Below are positions 52,535 through 64,000 of a DNA stretch of 64,000 nucleotides, piece by piece. Under the pieces are notes generated by a model that was given only the letters and a program-made list of their open reading frames with translations, was not told the origin of the DNA and searched no databases. Each line of letters starts with the position of its first letter. Position 1 is the first letter of the stretch. The stretch is taken from assembly GCA_051294905.1 (NCBI GenBank), contig CM119371.1, positions 6,202,001 to 6,266,000 of the forward strand. Reading direction: 5' to 3'. This DNA comes from Botryllus schlosseri (taxonomy: Eukaryota). Position numbers and translations under genes: made by a program.

Positions 52535-54240
52535 CAGTGTTGGGATCAAGTCACTACCTTCGAGTCACGAGTCATTGCACATTTTGACTCGAGTCAAGTC
52601 AAGTCAATTGATTTTCGAAGGTGACTCGAGTAAAGTCAAGTCACTCGAATTTCGGAGGTGACTCGAGTCAAGTCGATGAGTCAAGTCAAGTCAAGTCACG
52701 GGTCAAGTCACAATTCAAGTCAAGTTGCCTTTTCGAAGTATGAGGCATGCTTACGTCATCGCATTTTGCTAGCTGTCTCAAATCCAGATTGAGTGGTTAT
52801 TGATTCTGGACCTATGAACGAATATAGAGTTGAATATAGACGCAAGAAGGCGCTTTATTGCTCACATATACGTAGAAATGCTTAACTACGTAAGTAATTG
52901 CATGGCATCGGAATATAGTTAATAGCCAAAATAGAGAATAGAGGAACGAATTGATAAGATGCAATACGTAGGCTAAGGTGGGTGTCTGATCTTAAATGCT
53001 ACGCCAAGTTGTTTCGACACCTTCCTATCTTTTCATTGTATCGCAGTCTTGTGATGTTTTGAAACGAGGAAAATATTAATAAACCTGATTTGATTGATAC
53101 ATTACCCATTTACAAATTGATATGATACAATTCCAGCCTGCGCCGATGGTTTAGGACTAAACTATGTTGGAATTTAATTTCAATAAAACAAGAGGTTTGG
53201 TTAAGTTAAGAACAGAGAAGAGAAATAGACATTTTGCTATTAAATTACTTGACTATACTAGTTTAAGACAACGTAAGCCAGTGGTTCCCGAACTTTTGAA
53301 AAAATCTCTACAGTAATATTCTCCTAAATCTCTACAGTAATATTCTCATTTATTAAATGTCGTTTTGAAATGCCGACCAAATATTTCATTGCTCATTTGC
53401 AATTCAGCGATTCATATTATCAGTGCTCGCAATTAGCGAAAATCGCCTGGATAGCGACACGTGATCTCCAGAAATGTTTTTATTCATTTGTACACCATCA
53501 TCGGTCACGAAACGTGGTGATAGAAAAATTATGATTCGTTGTAATAAGAGCTCATATTGCTGAACATGTATTCAAGGGAGATCGTGGACTTGCTAATTGA
53601 TAGCACATCCGGACTCGTTCCAAATGAAATTACATATTTATGTTATTTCAAGTTCTTTTAGCATTGTGCGAAAGGGTAGTTTACGGCGGCTTATATATAT
53701 ATCGCACGCATGAGTTCGTCAACATCAGGAAGTTTACGCAACATTTGGAAAATTTTCAAACCCCTCCTATTTTTCCGTTGGCTGCGCGCCGGGGTAGATA
53801 GATATATTTAGGGAGGTGCGTTTACGGTTACCAGTTCACCGCTGCGTACGTTTAATTGTGTGCTGATCAATTCCGGGGATCTTAACAATCACCAATAGCA
53901 CGTACCAATTACTAAGCAAAGTCTTGCAAAATTTTATTGGAGGTAGCACTTTAAAGGGTCGATATGGATATAGATATTTTAGGTGGGGAATGAAAGCTCG
54001 GAATAAATCGGAAGTGGGGAATTAGGATAAAAAGGTTGGGAACCACTGACGTAAGCTGTAAGCTTCGATCACTTCGTTTGGGATCAATTTATTTGTGAGA
54101 GAACAATGCAGGCTCAGTAAAACGCACGATCATTGAATGATTGGTCGCTCTCATGGGTTACACCAGCGTTTCGCGTACAATCCGAACATATGCAAGATGC
54201 AAGTCATACGAAAAAGGCGACTCGAGTCATCCCAACACTG
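52535..54240. mobile_element. hAT-type element with nested insertions
   Basis: TIR CAGTGTTGGGAT / ATCCCAACACTG; TSD CAATACAA/CCATACAA. Confidence 0.85.
53279..54048. mobile_element. 770-bp hAT-type MITE nested in 52535-54240
   Basis: TIR CAGTGGTTCCC...GGGAACCACTG with a perfect TSD ACGTAAGC. Confidence 0.92.
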
Positions 54241-55089
54241 CCATACAAATGGCACCGGGGGCATTCACTGAGGAAAATGATGAACCCCATGTAGAATTAA
54301 CAATTTCTGGGTGCGTCTCACGAAAGTTTTGCGTTTATTTTTCTCATCGTCTGCTACGTTTGGCCGACTCCATTATCCTTTGACTATATAGCAGACAGGA
54401 GGTCACGAATTAATAACATGCAATAAAGTTATAGTTGTAAATTACGTGCCTAAATATTCGCGCTTTGGGCGACTTGACGGCAAATACACAGCGAATTTAC
54501 ATCGCATCAAATCGTGTTTCCCAGTTCTTGTGAAATAAGCCCAGTCGTTAAAGGGGGTCTGGGGGACTTCGCCCGCTAGATGTTTTATTGATCGCCTTAT
54601 GGGGGCCCAAGATCACCATTTGTAAGAAAAGGGTGGCGAGATGCTGTTTCGGTACTGATTCTAGCTGCAATCCAAGCTAACACGGTGTGTAAGCGGATGG
54701 CTATGGCTACAGATGGCTGTGGTTACAGATCCAAATGTTTAGTATAAAATTGCGAAATAGACATTTTTGCCTGTTTGAAGAAGGGCCGTATGAGAATATG
54801 ATAAGGTAGACATCAACTTCTCCCTACAATCCACTAAATTAATACGGATATTCCGAGCTGCCGTTATACGAGTAACGGAAAATAACGGCTCGATTATAAT
54901 GTTTTGTCATCAGCCGTTGGCTTTTAATGCTTCCATGTAGAAATTGTCATGCTGAATTTGACGAGTACAAAATTTCAAATCGTTGTCAGCAATCAGCAAC
55001 GATCAAATTGCGTTTGCCTAAGCATAACAAAACACCAACACATAGTACGTTACTATTCGAAACTAGGCAGAGTTGTGAATATTATCCTG

Positions 55090-58070
55090 CTGCGAGGCAG
55101 TGGCGCCTTTCTTTCGAGGCCTATTGTGACAGACTTTTTCTGTCACATCTCACCTCATTTCAGAAGCTGCTCGCACTGAAGAGGTTCGTTATTCCAAGAA
55201 TCCTTTTTCAGTTGAGAATCCGCAAGTTCTACCGAAGCGATCTGCGTCGCCTGGATGCGCGTATCCGCACGTTGGTGAAGGCGGAATTCCGCCTCCCTAA
55301 CAGAGCGTGTCAGCCCTTTTTCCATGCAGGGCTGACGACTGGCGGTCTGGGGATTCCCAACCTCTGCTGCGAAGCAGATGTGTTGAGGCTTTCCCAGGCC
55401 GTCAAAATGGTCAATTCCACTGACCCCTCTGTGCGGGCGGTTGCACGTGGAGGGTTGGCGCTGGTCGTCCGGAGGACTTGCCGAGTCCCAGAGGCGTCGG
55501 AGACCCTGACAGTCGAGTTTTTGAACTGCGTGAGTCTAACAGGGCACTATTCCAGGGCGTACGGAGACGCCTATGGGCTTTGGACCGAGGTCCGACCCGT
55601 TGCTAGGCGTCTCGGTGCTCGCTGGTTCGTGACCGAAGACGGGCTCTACCAGTTCGATAGGGTTGGTGCTCTCACTTTACAAATGGGAAAAAAAGTTTGC
55701 AAATGGGCAAGGATTTACTTTACAAATGGGAAAAAAAGTTTGCAAATGGGCAAGGATTTACTTTACAAATGGGCAAGAAAGTTTGCAAATGGGAAAGTAT
55801 TTACTTTGCAAATGGCCAAGAAGTTTGCAAATGGGCAAGGATTGATTTCACTTTGCAAATGGCCAAGAACGGTCAAAAATCACGACTTTTCATTGTATCG
55901 CATTTTTTGTGGTGTATTGAACTGATAAAATTGCTAATAAACCAATGATGATGGGTGGGGTCATCAGCACCCTCAGTTGAGCAAGAGCCAGATGGGTCCT
56001 CTCCCGCAAATTCGGCGAAATCCAAATCCAAATTAAAAAATCTAGATCTTCATCCAAAACTGACGTCAGTTAGTTCGTGCTACCATGTGACCCCCATCGC
56101 CAGATTCACCACCACCAATTCGGATAAATCCAGATTTAGTTGGTGCTGTCAAAACTCACGACATGGTGGGGTCGTCAGCCCCCCAGTTGAGCAAGACCCA
56201 GATGAGGCCTCCCTCCACACATTCGGAGAAATCCAAATTCGAAAATCCAGATCTTCATCCAAAACTGGCGTCAGTTAGATCGTGCTGCCATGTGATCCCC
56301 CATCACCACCACCAATTTTGATAAATCCAAATCCAGAATTAGTTGGTGCGGTGACCCAACATTGTCGTGAGTTTTGACCACGATTGGATTTAGCCGAATT
56401 TGGGGGAGGAAGACTCATCTGGGTCTTGCTCGACTGGGGGGGGGGCTGACCGCACCAACTACTTCTGGATTTGGATTTATCCAAATTGGTGGTGGTGGTG
56501 ATGGGGGAGAGGGCGAACTAACCCTGTCGTGATTTTTGAACGTTCTTGGCCATTTGCAATGTGAAATCAATCCTTGCCCATTTGAAAACTTCTTGGCCAT
56601 TTGCAAAGTAAATCCTTACCCATTTGCAAACTTTCTTGCCCATTTGCAAAGTAAATCCTTGCCCATTTGTAAACTTTCTTGCCCATTTGCAAAGTAAATC
56701 CTTGCCCATTTGTAAACTTTCTTGCCCATTTGCAAAGTAAATCCTTACCCATTTGCAAACTTTCTTGCCCATTTGCAAAGTAAATCCTTGCCCATTTGCA
56801 AACTTTCTTGCCCATTTGCAAAGTAAATCCTTGCCCATTTGTAAACTTTCTTGCCCATTTGCAAAGTAAATCCTTGCCCATTTGAAAACTTTCTTGCCCA
56901 TTTGGAAAGTAAATCCTTGCCTATTTGAAGAGTAAACGCTTACCCATTTGAAAAGTAAATGCTTGCCCATTTGCAAAGTAAATCCTTCGCATTTGAAAAA
57001 ATTCCTGCCCATTTGCAACTTAAGAGAAAATAAGTGCGGGAGGGGTGTACTCTGATGAAAGTATGGATTTTCGGGTTCGGGATTTGGTCAAATAGACGAT
57101 GGGTCGCCGTATTTCTGGGGGATGAGTGTCCTTGTCGCCGTATTTCTGGGGGATGAGGGTCCTTTTGGGTAGTGTCCAAGTATGGGGGGGGGGCGCTGAC
57201 CCCACATTGTCGTGAGTTTTGACCACGATCGGATTTCGCCGAATACGTGGGAGGCGGACTCATCTGGGTCTTGCTCGACTGGGGGGCTGACCGCACCAAC
57301 TAATTCTGGATTTGGATTTATCAAAATTGGTGGTGGTGATGGGGGATCACATGGCAGCACGATCTAACTGACGCCAGTTTTGGATGAAGATCTGGATTTT
57401 CGAATTTGGATTTCTCCGAATGTGTGAGGCCTCATCTGGGTCTTGCTCAACTGGGGGGCTGACGACCCCACCATGTCGTGAGTTTTGACAGCACCAACTA
57501 AATCTGGATTTATCCGAATTAGTGGTGGTGAATCTGGCGATGGGGGTCACATGGTAGCACGAACTAACTGACGTCAGTTTTGGATGAAGATCTAGATTTT
57601 TTAATTTGGATTTGGATTTCGCCGAATTTGCGGGAGAGGACCCATCTGGCTCTTGCTCAACTGAGGGTGCTGATGACCCCACCCATCATCATTGGTTTAT
57701 TAGCAATTTTATCAGTTCAATACACCACAAAAAATGCGATACAATGAAAAGTCGTTATTTTTGACCGTTCTTGGCCATTTGCAAAGTGAAATCAATCCTT
57801 GCCCATTTGCAAACTTCTTGGCCATTTGCAAAGTAAATACTTTCCCATTTGCAAACTTTCTTGCCCATTTGTAAAGTAAATCCTTGCCCATTTGCAAACT
57901 TTTTTTCCCATTTGTAAAGCGAGAGCACCAACCCTTCTCTACCAGTTGGCTCTAGGCGCCGACTGCTGTCAGGATTTGGGTCGTCTTACCAAATTCCTTC
58001 ACCTGAAGGTGAACCAACGTTGGAAGACACGGTGGATGGAGCTTCCCGACCAGGGCAAAACTGTGTAGGC
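55090..58070 (+). mobile_element. R2-group (NeSL/Utopia-like) non-LTR retrotransposon RT-thumb fragment, interrupted
   Basis: LTSFQKLLALKRFVIPRILFQLR...LRRLD...RLP...GGLGIPNL. It resumes in frame after the insertion as LYQLALG...RWMELPDQGKTV*. Confidence 0.8.
55655..57936. mobile_element. Foldback-type non-autonomous element with ~650-690-bp TIRs
   Basis: Arms 55659-56352 and 57290-57935 are near-identical inverted copies. Flanked by CTCTACCAGTT at 55644-55654 and 57937-57947. Contains internal arrays of a 43-bp (23+20) GCCCATTTGCAAA repeat. Confidence 0.92.
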
Positions 58071-58906
58071 TAGCTAGATACTAGCGTTTTATCATTGGTA
58101 TGATTGAGATTGTAGCAATGTAGGATAATGTACCGAAGTGAGCGTAAAATATTGTATTAAGGAAAATTCCGGCCCGCCCAAAGTTGTACACTCTTAATTT
58201 GGCCCGTGACTAGCAAAAGGTTGCCGACCCCTGCCCTACAGGGTTAAAAGTTTGTAATTGAATTCTCAAATCGAGCTCACATAAACGTTTAACCCGCAAC
58301 AATGGTGCATGGTCATCAATCAATGATGTATGAAGTACATCATTGTGTTCAATAATGAACTTGATAATTAATCCCAGTTTCGGGCTAACAATGGTGAAAA
58401 ATGTCCTTCAATTCGTATTTGCTAAAGGCAGAGTTTGGCCAAGGAAGTGTTGAGCAATCATTGCAAGAAAAAAAAGTGCTGAGCAGTAGAATATAAATTT
58501 TAAAACGAAATGGAAAAAGAGCTTGCATTAGTTATGTCTCAACCAACCGTATCTTTGATTGGAAGGAAAATGAATAGAGTACGTTAGCAGAATTCCAGTG
58601 GTATGGAGCGTTTACCAGCTCACGTGATAATTTTGATTTTGGGGACTGTATGTATAAGTCGATATTTAGAGGCATAGTTTATCAAAGAAGTAAGCATTGG
58701 ATGGTAGCCTTCTTCAAGTGGAAGTGGCAGGTTTTGCTGGTATCTGCGACTAACGCATAATTATTTTGAAATGATAGAAGATTCCAGGCCGGGTACATCG
58801 CGCAATTATCATCGGAATTATTATGCCGTGTTGTGATTAATAACCTTTCGCACTACCTTTTGGAGGATTACAGAAATTTATTGTAAACAACAATCTGAAT
58901 TCGGGT

Positions 58907-60060
58907 ATGAATGTTCGCGCGATATCCGCGCAATGCGTCGTTTGCACAAATGTTTGCACGGACGAATGCATTAAATGCGACAATTGCAAATTATGGGTTC
59001 ATTCTTCCTGCACCAAAATAGTTGACTTGCGCAAATGGTCCAAGCTGCTATATGTTTGTTCGAGCTGTATTCTTAAAGATGGACATTTTAATTACGAATT
59101 GGCACTCGATTATTTGGCACAATCACCAAGAAATTCGTAATCCATCAGGCATCTAATGGAGCTGTACGCGGTACCAGAGCCGGCTGTTGCTTCAGTTGAC
59201 CCTCATAGCACTCCTGTGGACAAGGTTGCTATGAAAATACTGCAATTATATCACCCTGACTGAAAGCAGCGCGCTTATTCCATCAAAAAATAATTCAGCG
59301 GATCATGGTCAGGATATACCGGATTCAATTGATGCGGAACAAATGTCAAGAAGCTTCGAACCTGGAGTAAATTATTTGGAGGCACAGCATCAAAAGGTAG
59401 CAGATTCCGTTGGTACTGGGGAGAAGCCTGACATCTTTGATCAGCCGAACAATGATTACGAGGAGGCAGAAACCACAACTAGCGCAAAAGCAAGCGGATC
59501 CTCGGAAGAATTGCCCATAGGCGGTAATCAGCTAGTTTGGGGGGAATTTATGGGGATCGAAGAAGTGTGGTGCCTTTTGCAAAACTGCCGTACACCGATG
59601 AAAGGTGTTCCGATAGGTAGAAAAAATAATGTTTACTTTTTAGTTGATAATTCCAATAACATACTTAGAAGGAAAGCCAAGAAACCACGCATATTTTGGG
59701 ATGATATGGGAGCATGGATCAACACGAAGCAGACATCTTCCCAATACGTCAAGTCGGATAAAACCTACCTTGGTTTACACCCCGAAAAAAAACGGGATTT
59801 TCTGCATAAGAAAAAAGGTGCACGAAACAAATTCGGTAGGATATCATGATATTTCGCCCCAACCAGATCCCAAAGACATCATCAAAATTGGGAGGTATTA
59901 TGCTAATCTAAAAGGGAATAAGTTAGCAAAAAGAGTGTCATGGATCGAAGACGAAAATGCGCCTCCAGTAGCTCTTGTGGAGTATAAAGGAGAACTACAG
60001 GAATGCAATGCTCATGGAAACAGCAGAGGAAAAAAGCAAACCTATATTCGAACGTCTAGT
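58907..60060 (+). mobile_element. Decayed PHD-finger and transposon-associated ORF remnants
   Basis: PHD-like CVVC...CIKCDNCKLWVHSSC...YVCSSC, then frameshifted FWDDMGAW...PQP...RYY...KRVSW...ALVEYKG...HGNS...YIRT. The family is not firmly identified. Confidence 0.55.
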
Positions 60061-61755
60061 CTAGACTAGTCTAGTCTAGTCTAGACTTTTGCAATTTTGG
60101 CCGAGTTGAACAAAAGTTTCGTCCATCCATTCTCATAATCTTTAATTGCTGATTTGACTCTTCCATAATTTCTGAGGTTCTGCCTGTCGCTGTATGGAAT
60201 CGTTTTTTTAACAAACGGCCAGATATTTTGGAATTTACTTGTCTGAAGGTCGCAGTGGAAATTCCCATAATAAACGGATTCAGGACAGTCCCCAAAGCCC
60301 CAGAAAATAGCGGATTCTGTTACTGAAATTTCACTCGAACGACTCGAACAGATCTGGAGGATAAAAATCCTTTTCATCTTTATCTGGTGCTTGCTTTACG
60401 TATACTTTGACCTTCGCTGAGCAAATCATTTCACCGACTGGTTGCACAAGCATAATGACAGGAGTTGCGTATCTATCCGTAGGTTAATAGTCTACAGATT
60501 TACAGTCATGTGGGAGTCCTGGTACGTTAAGCGTTATATTTTTGGTGTGCCTTAGACAGTTTCTATCATCCTGTGAGGCATCATTCATCGCTGAATTTAT
60601 ATGACAAATACATTTGATTTTTTGACAAAGGACTCATTCCATTATAATTTAGCAAATTTTCTGACATTTGTAATGCATACCCTCAGAATTGTCCAATATT
60701 TACAAATGTTATTCTTTTTTCAATTCTGGGTACATTAAAAAAAATAAGATGGAAAAATTTCCAGCGGTTCGAAAGATAATGCGATTCGAAATTCTCATCA
60801 ATTGGTGGCGCTGCACGCAAAAATCTTTAAAATCCATATTTTTTGCTGTAATGATGATGGTGAAGAATCAATTACAATGTCTAATTATACAATTTTGAGG
60901 CCAAGGAATTGAAAAAAATCAACATTTTCGCTCTAAACTCGAAGAAAAAAAAGTTACGGACAAAACAAAATTGGGGGGAGCGGACTTGAAAATCCATGTA
61001 GGATTCCGTTTACACAAAAAAAATTATTGCAAAATGTACTCTTGAAGCAGTGTGATTGATAAAAAATAGGGTTTTTAAATTAATCTCTATTCCTCAAGGA
61101 AATAATGAAAAAAATTATCTTTGCATTAAGTGATTGGTTTTAATAGTAGTTGTGGTGGGCAGCAGTACAAATCTGCTCACCGTAACTACTATTATAATCA
61201 ATCACTGAATCCAAAGATAATTTTTTTTCGGTCGAAGGTATGCATTACAGCCCCTGTTAAGTTATAATGGAATTAGCCGAAGGCAAGTTTTATAGCCTAC
61301 CTCTACATATGGTAATAAATAAATAGCTTATATATAATGACATATATGACTGCTGATAACGAGCCCTAGACTGCGAAGGGAAAATCCCACAGCCGTTGTG
61401 GAGTTCCGCTTGTTTCAAGTTGAAAGAAGATTTGGAAATAAAAACAACAAAAATTATAACACGAACACCAGAGGTGAGTAGAAAGATGCTGACATGACCC
61501 AGACTGACAAATTTTGTACAAACTAAATATTTAGTTGAATGATGGTCATCTCAGTAACAGTTTTTTGAGTCGTTTTATAGTTGCTGATTGAGTACTTGTA
61601 GAGTTCTAGTTCTAGTTGCAGGTTATGAAAATCGGGTAGTTCTAGTTTTGCGTTTTAAAAATTGACTAGTTCTAGTTACATAGCTGTGCTATGCTTTTTG
61701 AAAATCCAATATTTATCCAATACAAGTCTGGTACCAGAGCCATGCTAACAGACAT

Positions 61756-62545
61756 CACTACAAAAAAATAATTAGACGAATTTGATCTCAAATCGATTTT
61801 TTACAAAAAAAGTCTAAAAGACCAATTAGTGTTACCAAGTACTTCATATCTCAAAAGTAAGACACAAATTGATCGAAAATAGTACTGCTGCTTCGGAGGG
61901 GGGCATCCTTTCAAGGTCTGAGCAAAAGAGAAGCATGAGAGAGACCAGAATTTGCAGTGTTGGGATGATACTGTACTAAGGAGTTTACAAGATATTCAGC
62001 AGATATAGTTATCAAGGTACATGCCCCTGATTGGAATCGCTGGCCTTTTTGCCTGATATATCAGGTGAGCAGCGATGATTATCCAAGTTGAAGTAATTTA
62101 ATAAAAAAATATAATATAGTGTGAGCACAGGACACCGATTCCAAACAGGTACATGCCACTTACTACTCACATGAACTATTCAGATCAATATATATATGGT
62201 TGTCTGAGTCGAAAATAGCATTTATGGTGAGTGAGTGAGTAAAATGAGACCAAAAATACTGCACAATTCGTCTTGAAAACAAGCCCAAAAAACTGAAGCA
62301 TCAAAAATTATCTCAATAAGCTAGCTGTGTCTGTAAAGTCCTTAAAGTATTGTCCCATGGTCTCTCTTACTATCCCCCTTCACTCAGAACCTAACATTGA
62401 AAAGGATGCCCCCAAAGCAGTGCTTCTATTATCGATCAAGTTGGGTGATACTTTTGAGACGTAAAGTACTTGGTAACAATAATTGGTCTTTTCTTCAAGA
62501 CTTTTTGTTCTAAAAAAACGATTTGAGACCAAATTTGTATAATTT
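61756..62545. mobile_element. CACTA-family non-autonomous element related to 26105-26584
   Basis: Begins CACTACAAAAAAATAATTAGACGAATTTG, shares internal sequence with 26140-26495, and ends TTTGAGACCAAATTTGTATAATTTT (degenerate). Confidence 0.7.
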
Positions 62546-64000
62546 TATGCTCTTGGGCCATGACAACTTTCCGGTCTCATTTAAGACCACAAACAATGTT
62601 GTTTCATGATTAGCGAAATCCGACTTCAATACAAGACCATAAAATTGGATGAATCAAACACTGTCTTAATAAGAACAATATGTCTTATAAGATGCGCTTT
62701 ATTGGTCTTATTTCAAGACATGTCACAGATACACTACAAAAATAATAAGACATATTTGTTCTATGATCTTGAAGTGGCTTATTATTGCCAAATTGTTTTT
62801 TTTCTATTTACAATTCGAACTGACAGCTCTATACATTTACTCATCTTGTATTTATCTTTCCTTTTCATTGCATTCAACTCTTTTGTTTACTTCTTTCTTA
62901 CTGTTACTTTGTTATTGTTCTGGCTTACCACTGTACGACTTGTTTTTAATTTATCTCTTGACTCGAGACTCAACTTTACCAACACTTTTTTTCACTCAAA
63001 ACTGTCTGTCTGTCTTGAAGTAATTGACATACTGGTAACACTCCACCCTATCCATCCAATTGTATTTTCAGAGAGCTTCATACAGAAGAATGCCCTGGTC
63101 CAAGCAGCAACACCAAATAGAAGAAGACTTGCCTCTTGAAATAGTTGCGGATTTATTCTATCTTCTCGAACTTGGTGATATCTGACAAAAGATCTTGGCC
63201 AACTATTGATAAGCTTTCTGCCAGACCAAGACCTTAGCCACAATGCTATCTGGGACTTTCAAAGTATGGATTTTGGAATGGCAAGCTCAGCTGGTGAAGA
63301 AGACATCGGATCTTGGACACTGCGTTGTCTCACTGTAACCGATGTAGCAAATGAACAGTTGGTTCATGAGCGAGGATTTTAATATATATATTATACCAAT
63401 AATGTTGAAAATAGTAGAAAAATCACTCGTTTTACTATTGTGTCGTCAGACTGCTTAATCTTAAAGTATCTTATTTTGTCATTGCAAACTATTGTACAAT
63501 GGTTGTTCTAAAGCACGGGGGTGTGAAACTGAACTTGCGGCTGAAAATGATCGTAAACTGTGCGTTTTTATTACAAAGCAATTTGTTACCATTTACTTGT
63601 ACTTTGCTGTACAATTTATTTTGGGACGATGGCAAGCAGAGAAGAGGCACTTTGCAGTCTAGTATTCTTTTTCACCGTCCTAGTGTTAGAGCGATGGATG
63701 GATGGATGGATGTGAATTTACTAGCTTGGGAGATAGGAGAAAAGTCAAAATTATTTCGCAAATTTCTTGTTGGCAACCCTGGTGAATATTCTAAAATATC
63801 AATGGTGGATGGGGCTTGTTGGATGTGGGATATTTATAAGAGTCACATGATTCTGAATAATATTTTTACGGGTTCATATACATGTATTATACAGGGATAT
63901 GCGAATAATTTATAACCTGTCTTTGTTGACGTCCACTACCTCTAGGTTCACTGGCAAGGCAATCCTGTCTACGTCAGCGAAAGAACCTGAGTAAACCAAT

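Noticed and set aside
54530..54582. Possible Helitron 3' end (…TTCGCCCGCTAG)
   Set aside because: No convincing hairpin or matching 5' end, so Helitron capture of the gene fragments is not supported directly.
55663..57897. ORFs with QMGKDLLCKWARKFANG repeats
   Set aside because: They are translations of the 43-bp array, open in several frames on both strands.
62606..63139. 177-aa hydrophobic ORF as a membrane protein
   Set aside because: It starts in CACTA repeat sequence and reflects T-rich low complexity.

Overview
Repeat-dense, AT-rich animal genomic DNA with GT-AG introns, some only ~55-61 nt. It is probably a marine invertebrate, possibly a tunicate (inferred from style only). I find no intact host gene. 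Four intron-containing, disabled gene fragments are present: a coiled-coil protein (-, ~8.6-10.7 kb), the C-terminal tail of a DNA topoisomerase II-like gene with amplified exon modules (-, 17.7-23.4 kb), a RAPGEF3/4/5-like REM-RA-CDC25 segment (+, 30.5-33.6 kb) and a PRDM9/7-like zinc-knuckle + PR/SET segment (+, 43.7-44.6 kb). They lie among a 6,234-bp tandem duplication, a dispersed ~1.1-kb duplication with a filled/empty transposon site, hAT- and CACTA-type MITEs with TSDs, tRNA-type SINEs, LINE fragments and an 88-bp tandem array. There are also Penelope-like elements carrying a minimal U3-A8 variant hammerhead ribozyme motif, a palindrome split by a Penelope insertion, and a 2.3-kb foldback element inserted in a NeSL/Utopia-like RT fragment. 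All family assignments come from remembered motifs, not database searches.
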